Source of the DNA: Thermoproteota archaeon
Lineage (GTDB): Archaea; Thermoproteota; Bathyarchaeia; Bathyarchaeales; JAYEKF01
Length of the DNA stretch: 48,211 nt
Assembly: GCA_034660895.1 (NCBI GenBank)
Contig: JAYEKF010000013.1
Location: 1 to 48,211 of the forward strand
Direction of reading: 5' to 3'
The position numbers and the translations under genes were made by a program. Position 1 is the first letter of the stretch. The number at the start of each line of letters is the position of its first letter. Of the stretch, positions 28,349 to 35,749 are shown piece after piece. Under the pieces are notes generated by a model. It saw nothing but the letters and a program-made list of their open reading frames with translations. It searched no databases and was not told where the DNA came from.

Positions 28349-28833
28349 AAAAGATGAAAAAACTTTGGAAAATACTCTCTGTCGTTCTAGTGATTGCTTT
28401 AATTAGTGTAGCTGGCATAGCCGTTTACGCCTTCTACGGACCACCACCAATAACGTTTAACCTGTTAACCGATAAAGAAACTTACCAACTTGGGGAACCA
28501 GTAAACATAACTATCACGCTGAAAAATCAGGCTCCTTGGCCTATCACAGTAAGTTGTTCTCTGTGGTGCGATTTCCACATCAAAGATGAAAGTGGTGACG
28601 TTTATTCACCGGGTTTTCTATATTATCCTGGATGGCACAGTTTCACCTTATCGTCTCTAGAACTAAAAAGCAACCGGTTCACGTGGAAACAAGTAAATAA
28701 CCTTAAGTTAGATGGTAACGAAATACCTGTTACCGCTGGAACTTACAAAATCGTGGCTTCCCCCACTTTCGAATACAACGGACGAGAATACCGCTTCGAA
28801 CGTGAAGTAATAATAATCATTCAGGGAGGGTGA
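28345..28833 (+). CDS. secreted Ig-like protein, possibly a BsuPI-type proteinase-inhibitor fold
   Basis: 162 aa. ATGA start/stop overlap with the upstream gene and an N-terminal anchor ILSVVLVIALISVAGIAVYAF. TDKETYQLGEPVNITITLKNQAPWPITV...DFHIKDESGDVY...FTWKQV...GTYKIVAS resembles the BsuPI (intracellular proteinase inhibitor) pattern as I recall it. Confidence 0.45.
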   Translation: MKKMKKLWKILSVVLVIALISVAGIAVYAFYGPPPITFNLLTDKETYQLGEPVNITITLKNQAPWPITVSCSLWCDFHIKDESGDVYSPGFLYYPGWHSFTLSSLELKSNRFTWKQVNNLKLDGNEIPVTAGTYKIVASPTFEYNGREYRFEREVIIIIQGG

Positions 28834-28839
28834 GAAACG

Positions 28840-28893
28840 ATGAAAAGCCAGCAGTATTCTGCTGGAGGCGTGTCATCGCCTAGCCCTAATTGA
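28840..28893 (+). other. 17-codon upstream ORF inside leader-module copy C (MKSQQYSAGGVSSPSPN)
   Basis: ATG 28840 lies 6 nt after the stop of the preceding gene and behind GGAGGGTGA. The stop TGA 28891-28893 is inside the conserved AATTGAAGGG core. Confidence 0.3.
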
Positions 28894-29000
28894 AGGGCAG
28901 AAAGAGAACCATGAAAAAATAAAATTGGAAAGAAAATGAGAAAAGTTGAATGGAACCGGAAAACAGTTTCAGTTGTTTTGTTAGCAGTGGTTTTACCAAT
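28864..29000 (+). repeat. leader-module copy C (hairpin + core + signal-peptide coding region of 28936)
   Basis: GGAGGCGTGTCATCGCCTAGCCCTAATTGAAGGGCAGAAAGAGAACCATGAAAAAATAAAATTGGAAAGAAAATGAGAAAAGTTGAATGGAACCGGAAAAC...TTGTTTTGTTAGCAGTGGTTTTA. Confidence 0.9.
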
Positions 29001-29715
29001 CAGCTTGGTGGCCGCGTTTGGATTAACTGGCATGTTTGCAGGCTCAAACGGTTCTCAGTGGCCTCTAACCATCACGTTAGACAAAGATGTGTACTATGTA
29101 GATGATAGAATGCACATCACCATAACGAACGTTTCAAACAAGACGTTAGAGTTTAGGAACACCAATTACGACATGACTTACTTCCGATGGACCTTTGAGG
29201 GGTGGAAGTGGCACGATTCAGTTCCCGGTGGTGCTATGCTTACATATCTTAAACCGGGAGAGACAGCGCATGTTACCTGGCAGTTAGACGGTTACAAGCT
29301 TTTTCCACCCGGAAGATACCGTGTGGGAAACCAATACTATGAAGTGTACACCGGGTTCGTAGTCATTGCAGGTTCAAAATCTCAGTGGCCTCTAACCATC
29401 AAGCTGGATAAGTACGAGTATTATCCAGGAGAGACGATGCACATCACCATAACGAACGTTTCAAACAAGACGTTAAAGTTTAACAACACCAGTTACAACA
29501 TGACTTACTTCCAATTTACCTTTGAGGGGTGGAAGTGGTACGATGCAGTTCCAGGAGAGGCAGTAATTGTGGATCTTAAACCGGGAGAGACAGCGCATGT
29601 TACATATACGTTAGGCGGTCATGTACACGCGCCTTTCCCGCCAGGAAGATACCGTGTGGGAAACCAATACTATGAAGTGTACACCGGGTTCGTAGTCAAA
29701 GAGAAACCCAGCTAG
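28936..29715 (+). CDS. secreted protein made of two tandem ~109-aa Ig-like (BsuPI-like) repeats
   Basis: 259 aa. Signal/anchor MRKVEWNRKTVSVVLLAVVLPISLV is nearly identical to that of 27362. Two copies of SQWPLTIxLDK..YY....MHITITNVSNKTLxF.NT.Y.MTYF..TFEGWKW.D.VPG......LKPGETAHVT..L.G....PPGRYRVGNQYYEVYTGFVV. Confidence 0.6.
   Translation: MRKVEWNRKTVSVVLLAVVLPISLVAAFGLTGMFAGSNGSQWPLTITLDKDVYYVDDRMHITITNVSNKTLEFRNTNYDMTYFRWTFEGWKWHDSVPGGAMLTYLKPGETAHVTWQLDGYKLFPPGRYRVGNQYYEVYTGFVVIAGSKSQWPLTIKLDKYEYYPGETMHITITNVSNKTLKFNNTSYNMTYFQFTFEGWKWYDAVPGEAVIVDLKPGETAHVTYTLGGHVHAPFPPGRYRVGNQYYEVYTGFVVKEKPS
29053..29703 (+). repeat. intragenic tandem duplication, period 327 nt
   Basis: TCTCAGTGGCCTCTAACCATCA starts at 29053 and again at 29380. 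One identical block is at least 52 nt: AGATACCGTGTGGGAAACCAATACTATGAAGTGTACACCGGGTTCGTAGTCA at 29314-29365 and 29647-29698. A 39-nt identical block ATGCACATCACCATAACGAACGTTTCAAACAAGACGTTA occurs in both units. Confidence 0.9.
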
Positions 29716-29726
29716 GTGAATCAACA

Positions 29727-32276
29727 ATGAAAAAAAGTTTTCTAGCGATATTTGTTTCCTTGATACTCAGCATGCCTGTGTGCATGGTGGCGGTTAATTC
29801 AGTAGTTGCTGAGGAGACGCTAAGTTATTCTGAAAAAGCCCTACATCACATCAGTCAAAAATATGCCGTGCCACCAGAATCTCTGATGTTGGTCAACGGG
29901 AGATACGCAAACTATCCGCTTTCTGGTCGACAAATTTGGAGAGGCAAGGTGTTAGACCTTGAAAGTCACAGGGTGTTCGGAGTGAACTTTGACGAAGCCG
30001 GGGACATCCTTGACGACTTGAGTTCTATCGAGGAAAACGAGAAGCTGGAGTATCTAACTAGATATGGAAAGTTGACGAAAGACCTACACGAACGACTCCT
30101 GAACATGGCCAAGCAAGACACGTTAAAGGTAGGATTATGGTTAAAACGTACTGACGAGTTGGTGGCTATGCCTTATCGCTCAGCGAACCAAACACAATTT
30201 AAGGAGTACATGGCCAAGCAAGTAAATGCGTGTCGTTTGGCGGAGAAAAGTGTTATAAAAGCTATCAGAGCGAGGGGGTTCAACATTCTTTACGCCTCCA
30301 AGTTTGCGCCCGTAGTGTTTTCTGAACTGTCCAAGCAGGCAATCCTAGAAATAGAAAATAGGTTGGATGTGGAGAAGGTGTTTCTGTCAAGAACGTATAA
30401 GCCTCAGATAAACACCGCAGCCGATACTGAAAGAGCTAATTTGGTGTGGCCTTACGGAATTGATGGAAGCGGAGTTAAAATCGCCGTTGTAGAGGATGAT
30501 GGGGTCGCGTTCGCAAACCCACATCTTGCTGACGGAAGTTACTTTGATTCAGATAACAAAAGGATAGATGGTCACGCGACTGCTGTTGCAGGCGTGATCG
30601 CAAGCACCAATAACACTTACCGAGGAATCGCACACGGCGCGCCAGGAATACTAAGCGCAAACGCAGAGACTTACGACTCTTTCGACATCATGGACGCCAC
30701 TGACTGGGCTTTGAATAATAGTACTAGAATCATAAACAACAGTTGGGGGAAGGATACCGGTTTAGAAATGGACATTTTAGACGAATACTTCGATTACGTA
30801 GTAAGGAACTATAGGGTGACCGTGACCGTTGCAGCTGGTAACAACAGAGACCCCCATCGGACAAAAACTGGTAACGTCCAATCTCCTGGTCTGGGATGGA
30901 ATGTTATCACTGTGGGTGCGATAGATGACAAGGATACTTCAAGTTGGCTGGATGATGACATGGCGCCATATTCAAGCTTCAAAGACCCCGTATCTACTAA
31001 TGGCGACCGAGAGAAACCTGAAGTTGTTGCAGTGGGTAACAACAAAGGCAACACTCCAATGTATAGTACTTTAACATCTGACCCGTGGGTTGGAAAGACT
31101 GGTAATGGAACAAGTCTCGCTGCCCCAGCTGTTGCCGGTGAGGCTGCTTTACTGATGCAGACGAAAGAGTGGCTAAGCTGGTGGCCGGAGACAGTTAAGG
31201 CAACGATTATGGCAACTGCTTGGCATAACATAGAAGGCTTCAGTAGATTAAGCATGTTTGACGGAGCTGGAGCGATAGATTCATGGAGTGCGTACCGAAC
31301 AGTAAAGAATAACCAAATTGTTGGTGAAATCATCGGCTCAGAAGATTTACCAAAGAGCTACACGTTTGATGCCTCCGAGGGCGGCAGGGTTAGAGTGGCC
31401 ATCGCATGGGATTCGCATGATGATGTTGCAGACGAGTTGTTGGCAGACCTCGACCTGTTCATATGGGATTCGCCAAAAACCCACATTATTACTGCCTCAG
31501 CTAGCTACGATAACAGTTATGAGATAGTCGAGTTTACAGCTCCGTACACCGGAACTTATATGGCGGAAGTGTATCCCAGCAGGTTCGACGGAGACTACGA
31601 ATACCTCGGATTTGCATGGAACCAACGAGAACACCGTTTAACCATCAAAGCTGGTTTAGGTGGAACAACCGACCCTGCACCTAGAACCTACACGCACGTG
31701 GAAGGAACTGATGTGAAGGTTACAGCCACTCCAACATGGAACGGTTTCAGCTTTAGCTATTGGGTATTAGATGGAAAAGTGAAGTACGCCAACCCGATAA
31801 CTGTTACCATAGACTCCGACCACACGTTGAAAGCATGGTTTTCTCCCAACGGCGGAGGCTCCGAACCGTGTCCCACATTGTTCTCTTGGAACGGCACGGA
31901 CTACGTGGACTACGGAGTCGTAGACATTCACAATCCAACGGGTGAAGACGTTGTTAGAGAAGTTCCAATTCTAGCGGAAGATGTGGGCGTAAGCAATTGT
32001 AAGGCAACATTTAGGCTTAGGGAAGGCTGGGAAGGCTTAAACTACTCAGAGTCAGTTATTGACCAAGTGAAACTGTACGCAGATGGAGAACTATGTCCGC
32101 TAATAAAAGCTGTATACAGCGAACAAGGAAACGTTCTGCCACAACTTTTAGCTAGCGACGATGTTAGAGTGCAAATGCTCCTCCTAGAAACAACGGACTT
32201 AACTTTTATTGTGCCGTACCAAAACGTTCAAAGCTTCACATTCGTAATCGAAGGATGCAACATGATTAAACTGTAA
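29727..32276 (+). CDS. secreted subtilisin-like serine protease (peptidase S8) with C-terminal accessory domains
   Basis: 849 aa with signal MKKSFLAIFVSLILSMPVCMVAVNSVVA. Catalytic Asp region IAVVEDDGV, His GHATAVAGVIAS, Asn IINNSWG, Ser GTSLAAPAVAGEAALL. Downstream are a PPC/P-domain-like segment (LADLDLFIWDSP...GTYMAEVY) and two further beta-rich domains. SD-like GGTGA lies 4 nt (positions -8 to -4) upstream of the ATG. Confidence 0.9.
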   Translation: MKKSFLAIFVSLILSMPVCMVAVNSVVAEETLSYSEKALHHISQKYAVPPESLMLVNGRYANYPLSGRQIWRGKVLDLESHRVFGVNFDEAGDILDDLSSIEENEKLEYLTRYGKLTKDLHERLLNMAKQDTLKVGLWLKRTDELVAMPYRSANQTQFKEYMAKQVNACRLAEKSVIKAIRARGFNILYASKFAPVVFSELSKQAILEIENRLDVEKVFLSRTYKPQINTAADTERANLVWPYGIDGSGVKIAVVEDDGVAFANPHLADGSYFDSDNKRIDGHATAVAGVIASTNNTYRGIAHGAPGILSANAETYDSFDIMDATDWALNNSTRIINNSWGKDTGLEMDILDEYFDYVVRNYRVTVTVAAGNNRDPHRTKTGNVQSPGLGWNVITVGAIDDKDTSSWLDDDMAPYSSFKDPVSTNGDREKPEVVAVGNNKGNTPMYSTLTSDPWVGKTGNGTSLAAPAVAGEAALLMQTKEWLSWWPETVKATIMATAWHNIEGFSRLSMFDGAGAIDSWSAYRTVKNNQIVGEIIGSEDLPKSYTFDASEGGRVRVAIAWDSHDDVADELLADLDLFIWDSPKTHIITASASYDNSYEIVEFTAPYTGTYMAEVYPSRFDGDYEYLGFAWNQREHRLTIKAGLGGTTDPAPRTYTHVEGTDVKVTATPTWNGFSFSYWVLDGKVKYANPITVTIDSDHTLKAWFSPNGGGSEPCPTLFSWNGTDYVDYGVVDIHNPTGEDVVREVPILAEDVGVSNCKATFRLREGWEGLNYSESVIDQVKLYADGELCPLIKAVYSEQGNVLPQLLASDDVRVQMLLLETTDLTFIVPYQNVQSFTFVIEGCNMIKL

Positions 32277-32373
32277 ACCTCTAAACTTCCCCAATTTCCT
32301 CTTTTTTTTGTTGTTTGAAGTTTAAGTGATCAGAAAACCATTCTAGAAGACACTTCCAAAACCCTTAAAATAA

Positions 32374-32381
32374 TTTAAATA
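32374..32381 (+). promoter_or_regulatory. TATA-like box TTTAAATA about 25 nt upstream of the uORF ATG 32403
   Basis: AT-rich box with spacing appropriate for an archaeal promoter that would start transcription at or near the uORF. An analogous AATAATAATCATT lies ~27 nt upstream of uORF ATG 28840. Confidence 0.3.
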
Positions 32382-32402
32382 GTAAAGTTGAATGGGGAAA
32401 CC

Positions 32403-32465
32403 ATGAAGCATACGCAAACCAACGGTAAATCCTTTGGAGGCGTGTCACCGCCTAGCCCATATTGA
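32403..32465 (+). other. 20-codon upstream ORF inside leader-module copy D (MKHTQTNGKSFGGVSPPSPY)
   Basis: It ends at the TGA of the conserved ATTGAAGGG core, in the same relative frame as uORF 28840..28893, and shares the C-terminus GGVS(S/P)PSP(N/Y). Confidence 0.3.
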
Positions 32466-32508
32466 AGGGTAGAAAGAGAACCTAAGTAAAATTGGAAAGA
32501 AAATGAGA
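32436..32508 (+). repeat. leader-module copy D
   Basis: GGAGGCGTGTCACCGCCTAGCCCATATTGAAGGGTAGAAAGAGAACCTAAGTAAAATTGGAAAGAAAATGAGA, directly upstream of the 32503 gene. Confidence 0.9.
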
Positions 32509-32742
32509 GAAATACCAGAAGCTGAGAAGACGAGGTATAAGTGGATAGCGTGGATAGGGCTTCCTTTAGGGATTATCTTGTTGTTGCTGACGATAAATAT
32601 GGAATACCACACGTATGTGATAGATGCAATTGGAATTTTAGGGTTTGTAGCGATAGTATTTGGGGTGGTAAGTGCCTTCGCGTTAGCCTATGCCCACTGT
32701 TCTTCCTCTAAAAAGGAGAGACTTGTGAAGATTCACAATTGA
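32503..32742 (+). CDS. hypothetical small membrane protein (2 TM)
   Basis: 79 aa. WIAWIGLPLGIILLLLTI and IDAIGILGFVAIVFGVVSAFALAY. Its stop codon is the TGA of core copy E. Confidence 0.45.
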   Translation: MREIPEAEKTRYKWIAWIGLPLGIILLLLTINMEYHTYVIDAIGILGFVAIVFGVVSAFALAYAHCSSSKKERLVKIHN

Positions 32743-32759
32743 AGGGTAGAAAGAGAACC
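32737..32759 (+). repeat. leader-module copy E (core only)
   Basis: AATTGAAGGGTAGAAAGAGAACC, identical to the core in copy B and, from ATTGAAGGG onward, to that in copy D. It lies upstream of the 32837 gene. Confidence 0.8.
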
Positions 32760-32836
32760 TAAAAAAGGATGGAGGGAAACAACGCGGTTAAATCAACGGT
32801 GAATTATGTCGAAGTTGGGTACTTATCTTAGCGGTT

Positions 32837-33304
32837 GTGTTCCCAGTGTCCTTCTTCCTTGGTTTGAATGTAACCTTAGATTTAAGTTGGCGTATTGTCG
32901 TCACACTCGAAGCGAATCCACACCGCTACTTGGGTTACATACGGGATGCATTTCTTTATTTGATTTCGCCTCCAGCCGTGGGCTTAGCGTTCAGCATCAT
33001 CGGATTCATAAGGGAGAGAAAATCTCCAACCGGAATTTTTGATAATTGGCGGCTTCACCTAACGGTTATTGGCGCCTTTTTCTTCTTTTGGGGCGCCCTC
33101 CAACTTCGGTGGACGTACAACAGATATTGTGGTGTTACATGTCCTGTAGACATTACGAACCTCATTCCAGCAGTTTATGCAACGGTAGCGGTAGGGCATA
33201 TTCTTTGGCTATTTGCTGGTATCCTCTTTATGCTTCCACCCGTATTTAAAATACTGCAGAATAAAAACATTGTAAGCCAGAAAGGTGGAATAAATGGAAG
33301 ATAA
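32837..33304 (+). CDS. hypothetical integral membrane protein (about 4 TM)
   Basis: 155 aa with a GTG start (start uncertain; an in-frame stop is at 32789). It has several hydrophobic helices. Confidence 0.45.
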   Translation: MFPVSFFLGLNVTLDLSWRIVVTLEANPHRYLGYIRDAFLYLISPPAVGLAFSIIGFIRERKSPTGIFDNWRLHLTVIGAFFFFWGALQLRWTYNRYCGVTCPVDITNLIPAVYATVAVGHILWLFAGILFMLPPVFKILQNKNIVSQKGGINGR

Positions 33305-33693
33305 AAACTTTCTTGGAAAATGCGATCGGTGGAAAGTAAAACTGGCGTCAATTAACCCCTATTACAGAACTCCGTGAAAAATACGAGAGTCTAATGCAAT
33401 CACCTGAACGGGTGGGTCTGTCCACTTCCAAATCTCCGTGTTAACCCAGAATTTTCCGTTGCCCTTAACCACATCGCCTAGTTTGTAACACTGAACGCCG
33501 CTGCGTCGCTAAAACTTATGGTGAATCAACATACACTATCCCATTTGTAACATAGAAACTTAAGAAACAAAACATTTTTTGGAAAGTAAACTTTACGGAA
33601 CTTTGGTTGTATGTGGTTAAAGCGTTTAGGCAAATGCTGGAGAAGTTATATCTTTAAAATGGAAACTGTAAACATGAGGATGAGGTGAAGTAA

Positions 33694-34179
33694 TTGGAGC
33701 TCAGCGTCTTAAAGATTGAGGTTCCAAAAGAATGCAACGTTGTGTTAGGTATGGCACATTTCATCAAAACCGTAGAGGATCTTTACGAAGCGTTGATAAA
33801 TTCAGTTCCCAACATCCGATTCGGCTTAGGCTTCTGCGAAAGTTCAGGGCCGTGCCTAGTGAGGGGGGAAGGCAACGATGAAGGATTAAAGAAGTTGGCT
33901 TCTGAATACGCGTTAAAATTGGGTTGCGGCCACTCCTTCATCATCTTCATGAAAAACGCTTATCCCCTCAACGTCTTAGACAAAATTAAGCAGGTGCCAG
34001 AAGTTTGCACTGTTTACGCTGCAACCGCCAATCCCTTGGAGGTGGTTATTACCGAAACTGAGCAAGGCCGCGGGATACTTGGAGTGGTGGACGGTATGAA
34101 AAGCAAGGGAATTGAAGGCGAAAAGGACAGGGAGGAGAGAAAGAAGTTTCTAAGGAAAATCGGCTACAAACTTTGGTAA
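33694..34179 (+). CDS. adenosine-specific kinase family protein (PF04008-like)
   Basis: 161 aa. [66 protein letters not shown]. Confidence 0.7.
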   Translation: MELSVLKIEVPKECNVVLGMAHFIKTVEDLYEALINSVPNIRFGLGFCESSGPCLVRGEGNDEGLKKLASEYALKLGCGHSFIIFMKNAYPLNVLDKIKQVPEVCTVYAATANPLEVVITETEQGRGILGVVDGMKSKGIEGEKDREERKKFLRKIGYKLW

Positions 34180-34204
34180 CATCATCCGTTTAGGAGATGA
34201 AAGG

Positions 34205-35089
34205 TTGAAGTTAATCCGCTTCCGCTACCAAAATGGCGAATCCTTCGGCGTCCTACGCAATCAGGAAAAAGTGTTGCGTTTACCCGCTTTAGCCAAAGCG
34301 CAGAAACGTCTTTTCCCCTTCACTCTTGAAGGATTGATTTTGCTGGGTGAAAAGGGCGTCAAACTGACGGAGGAGTTAGTATTGGGGTCAACGGAAAAGG
34401 AAAGAGGGGAAGCAACTTGCAAACTGGACGATGTGGTTCTGTTGGCGCCAGTGGCTTCTCCTCCTAAAATTGTTTGTTTAGGCTTGAATTATCGGGACCA
34501 CGCGGAAGAACAGGGTGCCGACTTGCCTGATGAGCCGATTCTTTTTATGAAGCCCAGAACTGCCATCATCGGCCCGAATGAACTCATAATTAAACCAGAT
34601 TTTGTGAAACAGTTGGATTACGAAGCTGAGTTAGTCATCGTGGTAGGCAGGAAGGGAAAGAACATTCCAGCTTCAGAGGCGAAAAACTACATTTTTGGGT
34701 ATACTGCGTTCAATGATGTTTCGGCGCGTGACATCCAATTCAAAGACAAACAGTGGACTAGAGGGAAAAGCTTCGACACTTTTGCACCGGTTGGTCCCTG
34801 CATTGCCACAGTTAACCAGATGAAGAACCCAAATGATCTGTGTATTTGTGCCAGAGTGAATGAGGAGTTAAGGCAGAACTCATCTACTAAGAATATGGTT
34901 TTCAATGTTTACGAGGTGATACATCATATTAGCCGTGTGATGACTTTAGAACCAGGTGACATCATCGCCACAGGAACACCAGCCGGTGTAGGTGTGTTCA
35001 TGAAACCTAAACCCAAGTTTTTAAAGGCGGGCGATTTGGTTGAAGTGGAAATCGAAAACATTGGAACCTTAAGAAACAAAATTATGTAG
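34205..35089 (+). CDS. fumarylacetoacetate hydrolase (FAH) family protein
   Basis: 294 aa. KIVCLGLNYRDHAEE, DYEAELVIVVGRKG, FNDVSARDIQ, GDIIATGTPAGVG. Confidence 0.88.
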   Translation: MKLIRFRYQNGESFGVLRNQEKVLRLPALAKAQKRLFPFTLEGLILLGEKGVKLTEELVLGSTEKERGEATCKLDDVVLLAPVASPPKIVCLGLNYRDHAEEQGADLPDEPILFMKPRTAIIGPNELIIKPDFVKQLDYEAELVIVVGRKGKNIPASEAKNYIFGYTAFNDVSARDIQFKDKQWTRGKSFDTFAPVGPCIATVNQMKNPNDLCICARVNEELRQNSSTKNMVFNVYEVIHHISRVMTLEPGDIIATGTPAGVGVFMKPKPKFLKAGDLVEVEIENIGTLRNKIM

Positions 35090-35749
35090 TATAAAAAAGG
35101 CTACAATCATCATTGTTCCGACAAGCCTGAGTTCTCTTTTCATTTGCAGTTCAATTTAATGTAGCTATTCTGCAATCTTTTTAAAAACGTAGGAAAAAGA
35201 GGCTAGATAGGCGAGACGGATCAGCGAGATTTTTGACATCCGCAGCCTCCGCGTCACTGCAGTTCTTGTAGTCCATACTCAGTCCGGTTTCCAGTTGGAT
35301 GGTTGCAGTAGCGTCCACACCGTGTCGGCTGTAACGTTCACCAACTTTTTCAACTCGCCTTTTCCTTGAACTACTTGTTGAAATAAGCTGTATTTAAGGA
35401 GTTTTTAACGAAAAACGGTTAGAGAAAGTTGCTAACGAAAAACCAATGTGGTTAATCAGTATCCGTCGACGGATTTCAGATATTTCTCTGTTATGTATCC
35501 GCAGAGAGATGAAACAAAACTGGTCATTATAAAGGTGTCTATAGTAAACCAGCTGGGAAGGATTTTATCAACCTACCAGTCACAAGACCTTGTTTGAGTT
35601 ACGTGGATAACCAAAATTTCATGTTCAACGCTGATAAGCCCGTAAATGACTAGGGCCTAGGCGATTGAAGTAAGCAATTTCGAGCGTTCGTAACCGAACC
35701 ACGCTTTTGTTTCTACATTGAAGTTAAGGGTTATAGAAGTTGCTATGCT

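Noticed and set aside
26831-32759. The five repeated modules interpreted as a CRISPR array or as integron attC-like cassette borders
   Set aside because: Spacing is 0.3-3.5 kb and irregular, and the copies extend into coding sequence (signal peptides). No cas genes or integrase are present in the window. A shared leader or duplicated promoter-signal cassette explains them better.
33420-33460. Possible att-type direct repeat of the tRNA-Arg 3' end (CACTTCCAAATCTCCG versus GGTTCAAATCCCCG) that would delimit the secreted-protein island as an integrated element
   Set aside because: The match is only about 11 of 13 positions over a very short stretch, and there is no integrase gene. This is insufficient.
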